A stretch of 64,000 nucleotides of DNA from Nitrospirales bacterium (GCA_965223295.1 CBDCWC010000003.1:928001-992000); one strand, 5' to 3'. Positions 1 through 10,387 are shown, numbered from the stretch's first letter. A program made the numbers and translations. Notes: generated by a model not told the origin, from the sequence alone.

Positions 1-78
1 CGCCTAAAAATCCTGAGACAACCAGAGCAGGCACGCCAAGTCCTAAGTTTGACCGGCCAGGAGAAACTGTGGCGCTTG

Positions 79-840
79 TCATTGTGAACCTATTTCATAG
101 ACTAATGTAACGGTGCCGCGCACGGAGATTTCACCCGCCGAGACAGAGGAGCCGCCTCCATCACTCTCCATGGACATTGCTCTCGCCATTCGATACCTTG
201 GGGCTGGGGCGACAACCGACACTCCACCCTCCATCACTTTCATGATTCGCACGAGCCTCAGCTTCAATGACCGCGCTAATGTTTCTGCTTTGGTCTTGGC
301 TTTGGTGGCAGCACGTTGTAAGACTTGAAGTTCGGTGGGTTGCTCGTCTTGTAGGCCCCAGGAAATCCCAGAAAAACGGTTGGCTCCTACTTTCAAGGCA
401 CGATCCACTACTTTACCAACGATATCTAAATTTCGAACTTCTACATTGATTTGATGGACAACCCGATAACCGATAATTCGGGGAATCCTCTGCTCCAAGG
501 ATCCACCAGATGACCGTCGTGGAGGAGGCGGATATTCAGGAATGACATTGAAGGATGTTGTTTGTATGAATTTCGACGCAATTTCTAACTTTTGACATTC
601 TTCAAGCACCCTAGCCATTCGCTCTTGGTTTTCTTTCTGAACCTTCGCCAATTCTTTTCCAACTGTTTCCACAGCGAAACTTAATACAGCCTTATCAGGA
701 GGGACATTCATTTTCCCTTCTGCAGAGACCGTTAAGCGTGGCTGTTCCTGTTCATCTCCGCCAGCCCATCCAAGGCTTGGCATCACCAGCAAGAGCCCAA
801 CAAGAATCCCACACAACCTTATTGGTGATTTATTATTCAT
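79..840 (-). CDS. SIMPL (DUF541) domain periplasmic protein
   Basis: Signal-peptide-like N-terminus from MNNKSPIRL, then LTVSAEGKMNVPPDKAVLSFAVET...GEISVRGTVTLVY typical of SIMPL/YggE; the ORF extension to 1017 lies inside a MITE. Confidence 0.85.
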   Translation of the reverse strand: MNNKSPIRLCGILVGLLLVMPSLGWAGGDEQEQPRLTVSAEGKMNVPPDKAVLSFAVETVGKELAKVQKENQERMARVLEECQKLEIASKFIQTTSFNVIPEYPPPPRRSSGGSLEQRIPRIIGYRVVHQINVEVRNLDIVGKVVDRALKVGANRFSGISWGLQDEQPTELQVLQRAATKAKTKAETLARSLKLRLVRIMKVMEGGVSVVAPAPRYRMARAMSMESDGGGSSVSAGEISVRGTVTLVYEIGSQ

Positions 841-1031
841 AGATCTGTTGAAAAAAGCCGCCAGCGGCGTTCTCGCCATTTTTCCGTGCTCACGTATTGC
901 CAATACGCTCCGCGCGCAAAAATGGCTGCAGCCTTTCTGGACAGACTTTTTTGAACAGATCCGACATTGTTGTTCGCCAAGAACTTCTGGGCGAAATATG
1001 GCGTTTGCTATCTTCATTATTCAACACTCCC
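841..1031 (-). mobile_element. MITE family A copy (~190 bp), target duplication ATTCAT
   Basis: Ends AGATCTGTTGAA...TTCAACACTCCC; ATTCAT at 835-840 and 1032-1037; similar to copies at 5361, 32286, 34613, 36640, 45371. Confidence 0.85.
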
Positions 1032-1070
1032 ATTCATGCACATTGACAAACCCCTCAGATGTTTTTGAAA

Positions 1071-1268
1071 ATGTCTTCCACAATGAGTCCATCAAATTCT
1101 ACCTCGGCTCAAACCGCATCTTCCTCAGAAATTCCTGATCGTCTCTGCACATGGTGTCAAACCACCATGATGAAACGGCTGGTGGGAGAAGGCCGCTTTA
1201 TTCATTATACGTGCCCCAAATGCATTTTCCAGCATACGTCTAAAGCGCAGGTCGGAACCTCGTCCTAG
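1071..1268 (+). CDS. Small putative zinc-ribbon protein
   Basis: CTWC...CPKC motif pair in a short ORF; start uncertain. Confidence 0.45.
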   Translation: MSSTMSPSNSTSAQTASSSEIPDRLCTWCQTTMMKRLVGEGRFIHYTCPKCIFQHTSKAQVGTSS

Positions 1269-1384
1269 TCTCTCTTGTTGCATTTGAGATCTTTACTGGT
1301 TAGTGGATCACTCCACCCCTCGAATGTTCCTTCTTCGGAAACATTCCCCGTCCATACAAAGCAGGGAAACATCCTAGAGGTCAC

Positions 1385-2620
1385 TTAAAAGAGATTGGAG
1401 ACGATGCGGGTGCCGCCGACCCACGTTCCGATAATACTTCCTATGGTGGGAAGGAGAAACGCGAGAAAGACCCGAAGCAATCGGCTCTTCCACCATCGTC
1501 TTGGGATCGCGATATCTTCGGCCACTGTTTGAAAGTCCTTGACGAGCGGGGGCTGCAAATAGGCTTGCACAAAGGCCGTGACATAGCCTACACCAATGAC
1601 TGGCGTGAGACTTGTAAATGGCGCCGAGACAAACGCGGTCAGGATCGTCAACGGATGAGCCATCGCCAGAATACCTCCAATACCACTGGGTATGCCATTC
1701 GCCAAAATCCAAAATAACGCATTTTCTCCCGCCGCTTCCGCCCCTTTTTGCCAACCAATCCAGGCGATTGATCCGACGATGAGCAAAGGAATACTCCAAC
1801 CAACCATTTTCCAGACTGGAGAGACGGGCGGGACATAATCCAGGGCTTCCAAATCAACTGACTTTTGCTGTTCGATAGTATGACAAATGCCGGCGACATG
1901 GCCAGCTCCGACAACAGCCACCGTCCTTTTCCCTGGAGCCTCCACCATTTTTTTCGCGAGGTAACGATCTCGTTCGTCAATGAGCACCACTTTTAACGTG
2001 GGGACTTCTTTACCCAGCTCTTTCATCATCTCTGATAGCACATCTTGCTTCTTGAGGTTACGAATTTCATCTTCAGAAACCTCTGTGGTATCAAATATGC
2101 CAAGCATCAATGAAGAGACGAGCAAACTTTTTCGCCAAAAGGGCGTGTTACGCCAAGCGCGGCGCATGGTCACCCGCACATCACGGTCACCTAAGGTCAC
2201 GGGCACATTGTGTTTCTCAGCCATTCGAATAGCTTCGAGCATTTCCGTTCCCGGCAAGACACCTAGCTTGTCGCCCAACCGTTTTTGAAACGAAGCTAAC
2301 ACCAAATTGACGATAAGCGTGCTGAGTTGCTGCTGCCGAATAATTTGTTTAAGGTCTAGTGATTCCCAGCGGTTCGGATGAGAGATCGCCTCAAAACGCT
2401 TGGCATCCAATTCCACACAGACGCCGTCAGGCTGCTCTTGCTCAATCACCAATTTGACTAATTCGACAGACTCTTGGGACACATGCGCAGTGCCAACCAA
2501 AATAATCGTCTTGTCGCCCGCAGTCAAAACGGTGACATCGGATTCATACTGCCCAAGAAGATCTGCAGGAGATTTTCGTGCGGAATCGGGTGAGGAATCA
2601 TCCATATCTGACATAAACAC
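1385..2620 (-). CDS. TraB/GumN (pheromone shutdown TraB-like) family membrane protein
   Basis: LVGTAHVS, VCVELD, GDRDV, DERD, VVGAGH motifs plus C-terminal TM helices. Confidence 0.9.
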   Translation of the reverse strand: MFMSDMDDSSPDSARKSPADLLGQYESDVTVLTAGDKTIILVGTAHVSQESVELVKLVIEQEQPDGVCVELDAKRFEAISHPNRWESLDLKQIIRQQQLSTLIVNLVLASFQKRLGDKLGVLPGTEMLEAIRMAEKHNVPVTLGDRDVRVTMRRAWRNTPFWRKSLLVSSLMLGIFDTTEVSEDEIRNLKKQDVLSEMMKELGKEVPTLKVVLIDERDRYLAKKMVEAPGKRTVAVVGAGHVAGICHTIEQQKSVDLEALDYVPPVSPVWKMVGWSIPLLIVGSIAWIGWQKGAEAAGENALFWILANGIPSGIGGILAMAHPLTILTAFVSAPFTSLTPVIGVGYVTAFVQAYLQPPLVKDFQTVAEDIAIPRRWWKSRLLRVFLAFLLPTIGSIIGTWVGGTRIVSNLF

Positions 2621-2651
2621 ACCTTGGCATATTAGACAATAAACTTGTCAA

Positions 2652-2792
2652 GGGCAGCTCTAGAAACTGAAGATTTTTTCTGAGGGCAAGAAAGCGGCGC
2701 GCGGAAAACCGCAGTGTATGGGCCGATACATGAGGATTTGAGCACGCGGCTGACGCCGCCATCGGGAAAAAGAACAGTTTGTAGAGGTGCCC
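2652..2792. mobile_element. MITE family B copy, target duplication TCAA
   Basis: Imperfect terminal inverted repeats GGGCAGCTCTA...TAGAGGTGCCC flanked by TCAA on both sides; second copy at 30279-30418. Confidence 0.75.
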
Positions 2793-3123
2793 TCAAGTTT
2801 GATGCAGGAAGTTCGCTTCATCCACGTTTCCAACATTCAAATCTTCTCTTTAGTTGGCTATGAATGTTAAAATTCCCCCTTTTCATGGTCAAAAATATAT
2901 GGAACGAGAAAAAGAAGAAGCCCCGCGACGGTCTTCGACGTGGATTTGGTTAAGTTCCGATGGAGCTCGATGGCGAATCAATCATGCTTCAAATGGCATC
3001 TGGTCCTGTCCCATTGGCATGGGCGGTAAGCGAGTGGGCTCCTGGAAGCCTGGGCTCCCATCAAGCTTGGGCTCTTGGCCTGGTTTGAAAAAGAAAGAAT
3101 AGAAACGTGGGTGAGCTTCTTCT

Positions 3124-3429
3124 TTACAGATCAAAGAGAAAATTCACATTTCCTCCACCCCAAGGCTTGATCGTTCCTTCAATCCCTTTCCTATTTTCTG
3201 AATAAACCCACACCGCCACATCCTCTAATCCCGTCAGCTCCTTCATTTTTTCTAACAGCACCAGTACAATTTTTCGTCCACGTTCCCGATCAGCGGAGAG
3301 CCGATTGAAATAGGCTTCCGTGACATGTAGTTGCAGGAGTTTGCCTTTGACTTGAAGTCCCGTAACATCAGGATTCTCTCCCATCTGCGCTTTGATTTTT
3401 TCCGCAATTTCTTCATCCGTCTTCGGCAT
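3124..3429 (-). CDS. Hypothetical protein
   Basis: 101 aa ORF with protein-like composition, co-oriented downstream of the aminopeptidase gene. Confidence 0.7.
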   Translation of the reverse strand: MPKTDEEIAEKIKAQMGENPDVTGLQVKGKLLQLHVTEAYFNRLSADRERGRKIVLVLLEKMKELTGLEDVAVWVYSENRKGIEGTIKPWGGGNVNFLFDL

Positions 3430-3498
3430 GTACGACCTAGACCTTTCTTCGTCTCTTTAAGATATGAGCGTGTTTTTCCGGTTTCGTTGGAGACCATG

Positions 3499-5283
3499 CT
3501 AGGCGAGAGGCTGAGTCGCCTCTTCCAGCCACGCCTGTGTTTCTTCTTCAACTTTGGATTTTAAACATTTCCACACACGAGCATGATAGGCATTCACCCA
3601 ATCCCGTTCAGACGTAGACAGAAGGTCCACATCAATGAGCTTTCGATCAAATGGCACGACTGTCAAGGTGTCGAACCCGAAAAACTCACGGGTGGATTCC
3701 TGGATCGTCTTTTCCCGGTTGACCACTACTAAATTTTCGAGTCGAATTCCATACGCCCCGGTTTTATAATAGCCCGGCTCATTCGACACAATCATGCCGG
3801 GCTTCAGGGCCACATCATTCGCAGCCTTCGAAATGCGTTGCGGGCCTTCATGGACACCCAGAAAACTTCCCACGCCATGCCCGGTTCCATGATCATAGTC
3901 CAGCCCCACAATCCAAAGAGGTGCGCGGGCCAAGACATCAAGTTGACTGCCGGTTGTGCCTTCGGGAAATTTGGCTGTCGCCAGGGCAATATGGCCTTGT
4001 AAGACACGCGTATAACGATCACGATGCTCGTCTATCGGTTCTCCTATCGCCACCGTGCGTGTAATGTCCGTTGTCCCATCAAGGTACTGCCCACCTGAGT
4101 CCACAAGATACAACGTTCCGGGCTCTAGCAACCGATTGGTCTTCGGCGTTGAATGATAATGCACAATGGCTCCATTCGAACCCGCACCTGAGATGGTAGG
4201 GAAACTCGCATCTTCCCACATTGCCTGTTTCTGACGACATTCATCTAAATAGGCGGCGGCTTGTAACTCTGTCACCTGTCCACTTGGTGATTCACGAGAC
4301 AGCCAGGCTAAGAACTGACAGACGGCCACACCATCCCGTTCATGAGCCGCATAGGCTCCTTGTATCTCAACCGCGTTTTTACAGGCCTTGGGGAGGGCGC
4401 AGGGGTCATCCCCTTTCGTCATATGAGCTCCATGTTCAGTCAGCGTCGAAAAAATCCAGACATTCGTTTTCATCGGGTCACACAGCACCTGCTGACTCTG
4501 CTGTCCAAGTTGCTGCAATGCATCTTCAAAGACCTCGGGCGATTCTAGCGAAACGTCAGAACCGAGATGAGAAGTCAGGCCAGGACTGATTTTTCGTAAA
4601 TCGACAAACAGAGCGACTCGTCCGGTAGCATAGATAATCGCCTGACAGAGGGGCAGCGGCGTATGCGAGACATCGCTCCCACGAATATTTAATAACCAGG
4701 CAATAGAATCAGGCGCACTAATAATCGCGGCATCAATGCCATCTTGTCGCAAGTTTTGAGCTAATTCTTCACGCTTGACTAGGGAACTCTTGCCGGAATA
4801 CTCAATGAGATGTGGCTGGATCACTCCCATAGGAACCGAAGGCCGATCGCTCCATATCTGATCGATGGGATTAGGAGAACAGGGGATCAACTGAATCCTG
4901 GCTTGGTCACATGCCTTCTCATAACGTTTAAGGTCACGCGGCGTATGCAGCAAGGGATCATACCCAATACGATCCGATGCGACACCATGCTGCCCCAGCC
5001 AGGTCGAAGGAGAACAGTCCCCACTATTGTTGATGTCAAAATGTTGTTGATTAACCTGATCGGCAACTTGAAGAGTATAACGCCCATCCACAAAGATCGC
5101 GGCTTCTTTGGTAAGCACAATTGCCGTACCCGCTGACCCCGTAAACCCCGTTAGCCATGCTAGCCGTTCAGCGCATGGGGGCACGTATTCATTTTGGTAT
5201 TCATCTGCATGAGGCACGATGAATCCAGTAAGATGTTGACGCTGGAGTTCTAGTCTGAGCGCTTCAAGTGGTGCTTGAGTCAT
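3499..5283 (-). CDS. Aminopeptidase P family (M24B Xaa-Pro aminopeptidase)
   Basis: DSGGQYLDGTTDITRT, HGTGHGVG, VHEGP, SNEPGYY, GIRLEN metal-binding motifs. Confidence 0.95.
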   Translation of the reverse strand: MTQAPLEALRLELQRQHLTGFIVPHADEYQNEYVPPCAERLAWLTGFTGSAGTAIVLTKEAAIFVDGRYTLQVADQVNQQHFDINNSGDCSPSTWLGQHGVASDRIGYDPLLHTPRDLKRYEKACDQARIQLIPCSPNPIDQIWSDRPSVPMGVIQPHLIEYSGKSSLVKREELAQNLRQDGIDAAIISAPDSIAWLLNIRGSDVSHTPLPLCQAIIYATGRVALFVDLRKISPGLTSHLGSDVSLESPEVFEDALQQLGQQSQQVLCDPMKTNVWIFSTLTEHGAHMTKGDDPCALPKACKNAVEIQGAYAAHERDGVAVCQFLAWLSRESPSGQVTELQAAAYLDECRQKQAMWEDASFPTISGAGSNGAIVHYHSTPKTNRLLEPGTLYLVDSGGQYLDGTTDITRTVAIGEPIDEHRDRYTRVLQGHIALATAKFPEGTTGSQLDVLARAPLWIVGLDYDHGTGHGVGSFLGVHEGPQRISKAANDVALKPGMIVSNEPGYYKTGAYGIRLENLVVVNREKTIQESTREFFGFDTLTVVPFDRKLIDVDLLSTSERDWVNAYHARVWKCLKSKVEEETQAWLEEATQPLA

Positions 5284-5360
5284 GCGATCTGCGGATGAGT
5301 CATGTTTCTAGGGTTGCTGAACATAAACTTTGGGTTGTCAGGCAGACAAATTCAGACATG

Positions 5361-5550
5361 GGGTTGTTGAATAATGATGATATCAACAGCCACATTTCGT
5401 GTCTGCGACGTCACATATCAGAGACCTTGGGTCTGTTCAAAAAAGTCCGTTTAGCAAGGCCGCAGCCATTTTTGCGCGCGGAGCGTACTGGTCCTACGTG
5501 AGCACGGAAAAATGGCGAGAACGCCGCTGGCGGCTTTTTTCAACAGACCC
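5361..5550 (+). mobile_element. MITE family A copy, target duplication GACATG
   Basis: GGGTTGTTGAA...TTCAACAGACCC; GACATG at 5355-5360 and 5551-5556. Confidence 0.85.
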
Positions 5551-5622
5551 GACATGAGAATAGCATATTCTCTAATGATCTTTCCGACTGAACCGGCAAA
5601 ATATTTGAGAAAGGCTGAGAAA

Positions 5623-5958
5623 CTAATGAATCGACTGAAACGCAGATTCCTCAGACGAAAATGTCGGAATCAAGGCAGGAAAATTTGCTTGATCGAGGAT
5701 AGTTTTGATTGGTTGTTGCGGACCCACGAGGCTCATCACTAAGTCATTTTCTCTCAAATTCAAATAGGCCAATGCCAACCCTCCTAAGGCTGTACTGTCC
5801 ATGAAAGTAACTCCTTGGATATTGAACATAATATGCTTCGCCCCTGATTGCCGAGCATTATTGACAATTGCTTGGAAAACTTTTCGGGAGTAAAACGTGA
5901 CTCGCCCTGAAATGGTCAGGACCAGCGTTTCATCTTGTATTCTTTCTTCCACATGCAT
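5623..5958 (-). CDS. STAS domain anti-sigma factor antagonist
   Basis: VTFMDSTALG motif (phosphorylatable Ser region), 111 aa. Confidence 0.9.
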   Translation of the reverse strand: MHVEERIQDETLVLTISGRVTFYSRKVFQAIVNNARQSGAKHIMFNIQGVTFMDSTALGGLALAYLNLRENDLVMSLVGPQQPIKTILDQANFPALIPTFSSEESAFQSIH

Positions 5959-5982
5959 ACAGATATCCTCATTCGTGTTTCT

Positions 5983-6009
5983 TTATCGGCACATCTACGC
6001 ATTTCTTGC
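5983..6009 (-). promoter_or_regulatory. Putative sigma-28 (FliA)-type promoter
   Basis: Minus strand GCAAG-N14-GCCGATAA about 25 bp upstream of the STAS gene. Confidence 0.5.
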
Positions 6010-6238
6010 TAAATAATCATCTTGTATCCGGATCGAGGAAGTTTAAGGCAATATGCCATGCCAAGATAGTAGGATACGAAACTACGTATAAGGAGAAATA
6101 TCTGGACTATTTTTTCAATAACACGCATAACCATCCAACAAACTTGGTGAGGAATGCACTAAGCGGCAATTGAACTTTTCTCGCGATAGGCTCATGGAGG
6201 CACGAGAAACCTCTCCACCTCAGAACGCAATGAGAAAA

Positions 6239-6295
6239 GTCAAAAAGCCAGCCAGCAAAGCGTAGCCCATTTGCGCACAGAGCGTATACCCACTA
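6239..6295 (+). repeat. Degenerate fragment of MITE family A
   Basis: AAAAAGCCAGCCAGCAAAGCGTAGCCCATTTGCGCACAGAGCGTA resembles the family A internal segment. Confidence 0.4.
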
Positions 6296-6459
6296 CCGAT
6301 CTGTTATCAGATAGAACGGACAGATGATCAGTTGATAGAGACGGTTCTTCTAATGCAGAATGTGACCCCAAGGATACGGCACGAATTCACATCCATTCAC
6401 CAGCAAGTCATCGTCACAATTTATTTGTAACGACATCACACCCCAATTGTAGTCCTCTC

Positions 6460-8664
6460 ATGCCTTCAACATCTGCCACCAACGCAGAACAGCCCACGTT
6501 ACTTTCGCTACTTAAAGAACACTTTGGCTTTACCTCCTTTCGGCCACTGCAAGAAGAAATCATGCGCGATGTCTTAGCGGGCAAGGATGTCGTCGCCTTG
6601 TTACCGACTGGCGGGGGCAAGTCTCTCTGCTATCAATTGCCAGCGCTTGCCAGATCTGGCCTCACCCTCGTCGTCTCACCCCTCATTGCGCTCATGAAGG
6701 ATCAAGTCGATGCTCTTCACTCCAATGGTATTGCCGCAACCTTTCTCAACTCTTCGCTCAACGTCCAAGAAATCCAGGCCCGATTACGAGCTGTGCACCG
6801 CGGGCATTACCAACTACTCTACATGGCACCAGAGAGGCTCATGCTACCCGAAAGTCTGAACGACATGCAGAGATGGCAGGTCAATCTTCTAGCTATTGAT
6901 GAAGCTCACTGCATCAGTGAATGGGGCCATGATTTCCGGCCGGAATATCGCAGGCTGGTAGAATTACGAGAGCGATTTCCTCAGCTACCAATCATGGCGT
7001 TAACCGCTACGGCCACAGCTCGAGTACGGGACGACATCAATACACTCCTGAAGCTGAACAACCCTGCCTCTTACGTCGCCAGCTTTAACCGTCCGAACCT
7101 CACCTATCGGGTATTAGCCAAAGCCAGTCCCGTTAACCAAATCTTAGCATTGCTGCGAGCCCACCCCCATGATAGCGGCATTGTGTATTGCCAAAGCCGT
7201 AAAACCACTGAACTCCTTGCAGAACGATTGCAGGCACATCGCATCAACGCCCTCCCCTATCATGCCGGCTTGTCGCAAGACGAACGATCACGCCATCAAG
7301 AGTTATTTTTACGGGATGAGGTTCAGATTATCTGCGCAACGATCGCATTCGGCATGGGCATCAACAAATCCAATGTTCGATTTGTCATTCACCATGATCT
7401 TCCCAAAAATTTGGAAAGTTATTATCAGGAAACTGGCCGTGCCGGTCGTGACGGCTTATCTAGTGAATGCGTCTTGCTCTTCAGCGCTGGAGACACGATC
7501 AAACAGCAGCGTTTCATCAATGATAAGCCGAGCCAGCAGGAACAAGAGATTGCACGAGCACAACTCCAGCAAATGGTCCAATATGCGGAATGCTCAACCT
7601 GTCGGCGAGTCGAGTTACTCCAATATTTTGGAGAGGAATTTACGTCAGAAAACTGTGAGGCATGCGACAACTGTTTGTCACCCAATGATACTTTCGATGG
7701 CACAGAAATCGCCGAGACCTTGCTCTCATGCATCGAAACCATCTACGACCACAGCGGGTTTGGCGTAGGTCTGAATCATGTTATTGCCGTATTAACCGGC
7801 GCCAATACCGAGAAAATTCGCCGATGGCACCACAACCAACTACCCATGTACGGCCAAGGAAAAGCCTACAGCCGACCTGCATGGGCATCCATGGCCCGTG
7901 AACTCATTCGTCTCGGCTATCTTCGACAGAACACCGAAAATTTTTCGGTGTTGGAAATTACCGAACAGGGCTGGGATTTTATCAAAGAGCGCTACACCAT
8001 TATGCTCACCAAACCCATGCCCACACCAGAACGACAAATGGCTCAGGTTGTTGATGTAGCCTATGATGAACAACTTTTCAACAAATTACGGCTACTGCGG
8101 AAAACCTTGGCGGATGAACGAGATGTCCCGGCCTATGTCATTTTCTCAGATGTGGCACTGCGGCAAATGGCACGGGACTACCCTAGGAACAAGCAAGAAT
8201 TCTTGCGAATCAGCGGCGTGGGAAATCGAAAATTAGAAAAATTTGGAGCAGCCTTTATTGCAGCCATTACTGAATATCTTGAGAGCAACCCCCAACAAAA
8301 CTTCTCAAACGCAGATATGTCTCCTCGATCACAGCTACTCACTTCAAAAAAGGCAAAACCGCTCAGCGACACCGTCAAAAAAACACTGCGCTTATTTCAA
8401 CGCGGGTTTTCTGTCGAACATATCGCCACTCAACGTGGCTTAGTCAGCAGCACGATTTATGGGCACCTCGAACAAGCCATCCAAGCTGATGAACCCGTAG
8501 AGATCAATCAGCTTCTCACGCCTGAACAACACACACAGATTGCCGCAGCCTTTGCCAAAATCGGATTCGGAAATCTCACCGGCGCCAAAGAACTCCTTGG
8601 CGACGTCTATGATTACGGTCAACTCCGCCTTCTCCGCGCCCTTCATAAAAAAACAAAGCAATGA
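6460..8664 (+). CDS. recQ: ATP-dependent DNA helicase RecQ with HRDC and C-terminal HTH
   Basis: PTGGGKSLC, DEAHC, QETGRAGRDG, CRR...CDNC zinc region, HRDC VPAYVIFSD. Confidence 0.96.
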   Translation: MPSTSATNAEQPTLLSLLKEHFGFTSFRPLQEEIMRDVLAGKDVVALLPTGGGKSLCYQLPALARSGLTLVVSPLIALMKDQVDALHSNGIAATFLNSSLNVQEIQARLRAVHRGHYQLLYMAPERLMLPESLNDMQRWQVNLLAIDEAHCISEWGHDFRPEYRRLVELRERFPQLPIMALTATATARVRDDINTLLKLNNPASYVASFNRPNLTYRVLAKASPVNQILALLRAHPHDSGIVYCQSRKTTELLAERLQAHRINALPYHAGLSQDERSRHQELFLRDEVQIICATIAFGMGINKSNVRFVIHHDLPKNLESYYQETGRAGRDGLSSECVLLFSAGDTIKQQRFINDKPSQQEQEIARAQLQQMVQYAECSTCRRVELLQYFGEEFTSENCEACDNCLSPNDTFDGTEIAETLLSCIETIYDHSGFGVGLNHVIAVLTGANTEKIRRWHHNQLPMYGQGKAYSRPAWASMARELIRLGYLRQNTENFSVLEITEQGWDFIKERYTIMLTKPMPTPERQMAQVVDVAYDEQLFNKLRLLRKTLADERDVPAYVIFSDVALRQMARDYPRNKQEFLRISGVGNRKLEKFGAAFIAAITEYLESNPQQNFSNADMSPRSQLLTSKKAKPLSDTVKKTLRLFQRGFSVEHIATQRGLVSSTIYGHLEQAIQADEPVEINQLLTPEQHTQIAAAFAKIGFGNLTGAKELLGDVYDYGQLRLLRALHKKTKQ

Positions 8665-8775
8665 ATGCTTTCGATATATTTTCAGATATCCATCACTTCA
8701 AGGTTGACCAGCATTCTTCAGATTTTCAACCTTTCTTAAAATGGGTCTGAAATTACTGATATTTGATTTAAGTGC

Positions 8776-9147
8776 CTACATAGCACAAAAAACGCCGATG
8801 AGGTCCCCACGAACACCTGAAGTGCGCGAGATGCGATCAGAAACAGGTGGCTCAGCTAGTCCGAAATCATTGGCACTTGGATCATAGAATTCGCAATACA
8901 ATTCGGCCTCTGCCACAACCCAGTACTCCACTACTTGCTTTTCAACTGCAGTCATTTGCTCATATGTATCATCTAATACAAACTTATGAAGGTACGGCTT
9001 AACTAAAGCCTTACGGAGTTTTTCCACGTACGCGGTGACTTTGTCTAAAGACCAAGGTTTACCCAAAGTCGAGCCAGAGGGAGGAGCCTTGTAATGGTAC
9101 TCCTCGAGTTCAACAGCAATGAGACTAGCTATATCGTCAGAAGTCAT
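8776..9147 (-). CDS. Hypothetical protein
   Basis: 123 aa ORF, no recognised motif. Confidence 0.65.
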   Translation of the reverse strand: MTSDDIASLIAVELEEYHYKAPPSGSTLGKPWSLDKVTAYVEKLRKALVKPYLHKFVLDDTYEQMTAVEKQVVEYWVVAEAELYCEFYDPSANDFGLAEPPVSDRISRTSGVRGDLIGVFCAM

Positions 9148-9346
9148 ATTCTTTAACTCAAAAGTTATTTGATCTATTCATATCTTGGATTCAATTCGCT
9201 AGCACAACAGGAGTGCAACCAATTCACCCTTGATTGTCCCAAGCCCTGCTAGGCTTCATATTTGCCAAGCGGTACATGGCGCCTTTCCCCAAAACATGAT
9301 CCCGACTTCTGAAATGTTGAGTGACCGTTTGATCAGCGTTTTTTAG

Positions 9347-9421
9347 AGGGCATGTACCCACATAGCACTGATCCTCTTCTGACCATTCCACAATCTTGAG
9401 GTATTGATCGCTTACCTTCAT
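9347..9421 (-). pseudogene. Truncated HicB-like antitoxin N-terminus
   Basis: MKVSDQYLKIVEWSEEDQCYVGTCP matches a HicB-type start; similarity stops abruptly after CP. Confidence 0.6.
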
Positions 9422-9450
9422 GACGTCATCTCTAACTCAATTCCCGAGAG

Positions 9451-9641
9451 TTCGACGCCTGCCGTTTGGCCCAAAGGAGTAAACCTCCTAGCACTTGGCG
9501 GACCTTGTTTGAGCGCAGCGAGTTGGTCCGCTCTCCTCAAGTCCACACTCTCTCCCTCCGATCTTGCCAAACGGGGCGTCAATGGTTTTGGGTCCTTTTG
9601 CCAAAACAAAAGGAGCTCGGCTGCCGGGCCGAAACCCGGCA
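9451..9641. repeat. Highly structured palindromic intergenic element (MITE/REP-like or ncRNA)
   Basis: Nested inverted repeats GACGCCTGCCGTTTGGC/GCCAAACGGGGCGTC and GCGGACC/GGTCCGC, then hairpins CCTTTTG/CAAAAGG and GCCGGG-CCGAAA-CCCGGC. Confidence 0.55.
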
Positions 9642-9723
9642 TCTATCAAATAATTAAAAATTTCTGGAAGAAGCTTGAGACAGATCTTTGATTACCTAAC
9701 CACCATTCTACGGCTACAACGAC

Positions 9724-10215
9724 TTAATGACTATGCCCATCACCTTCATGCGTATGCCCATGCTCCAGTTCTTCTTTGGTCGCTTCCCGTACATTCACAA
9801 TTTTGACATCAAAATTCAGCGCGACACCGGCGAGAGGATGATTGATGTCAATGGTGACGTTATCGCCTTCCACTTTCGTTACCACTATGTGCTGAGTAGA
9901 GCCGTCCGGCGCCTGCGCTTGGAAGGCCATTCCTACTTCCACAACATCGACCCCCTCAAATGCCGCGCGTTCGATCGTCTTCACACCGTTCGGGATAACC
10001 TCTCCATAGGCCTCTGCTGGCTCAACTCTGACTTTCAGAGAGTCCCCTTCTGCTTTCCCAACTAGGGCCTTTTCCAATCCAGGAACAATATTTCCTGCAC
10101 CATGTAGATACTTTAAAGGCTTAGATGCTTCAGAACGATCCAACACCTTTCCAGCATCGTCGGTGAGCGTATAGTTCATACTGACAACTGAATTCTTACC
10201 AATCAATAACGGCAT
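9724..10215 (-). CDS. slyD: FKBP-type peptidyl-prolyl isomerase SlyD
   Basis: YLHGAGNIVPGLEKAL, NHPLAG, His-rich tail HGHTHEGDGHSH. Confidence 0.93.
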   Translation of the reverse strand: MPLLIGKNSVVSMNYTLTDDAGKVLDRSEASKPLKYLHGAGNIVPGLEKALVGKAEGDSLKVRVEPAEAYGEVIPNGVKTIERAAFEGVDVVEVGMAFQAQAPDGSTQHIVVTKVEGDNVTIDINHPLAGVALNFDVKIVNVREATKEELEHGHTHEGDGHSH

Positions 10216-10312
10216 GATTTCTGTTTCCTTTCAAGAAAAGTATGAAATTAGTCGTTCAAAAATTTTTTCGTATTAGTCATAACCGCTTTAGTTGTTGAAA
10301 AGTCTAAAGACG

Positions 10313-10345
10313 CTACCTCCCCTCTACCCCTCCTTACAAAGGAGG
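10313..10345. repeat. REP-like family C hairpin
   Basis: CTACCTCCCCTCTACCCCTCCTTACAAAGGAGG; related copies at 15109, 17785, 41514. Confidence 0.7.
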
Positions 10346-10387
10346 AGAATGAATCATCAGTTATGCCCAAAGATTCCCCTGGCCTAC

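Noticed and set aside
2854-3102. Small ORF with CPIGMGG
   Set aside because: No recognisable family or clear RBS; insufficient support to call
9338-9352. GTTTTTTAGAGGGCA resembling a family B MITE end at the hicB breakpoint
   Set aside because: The match is short and no second end was found
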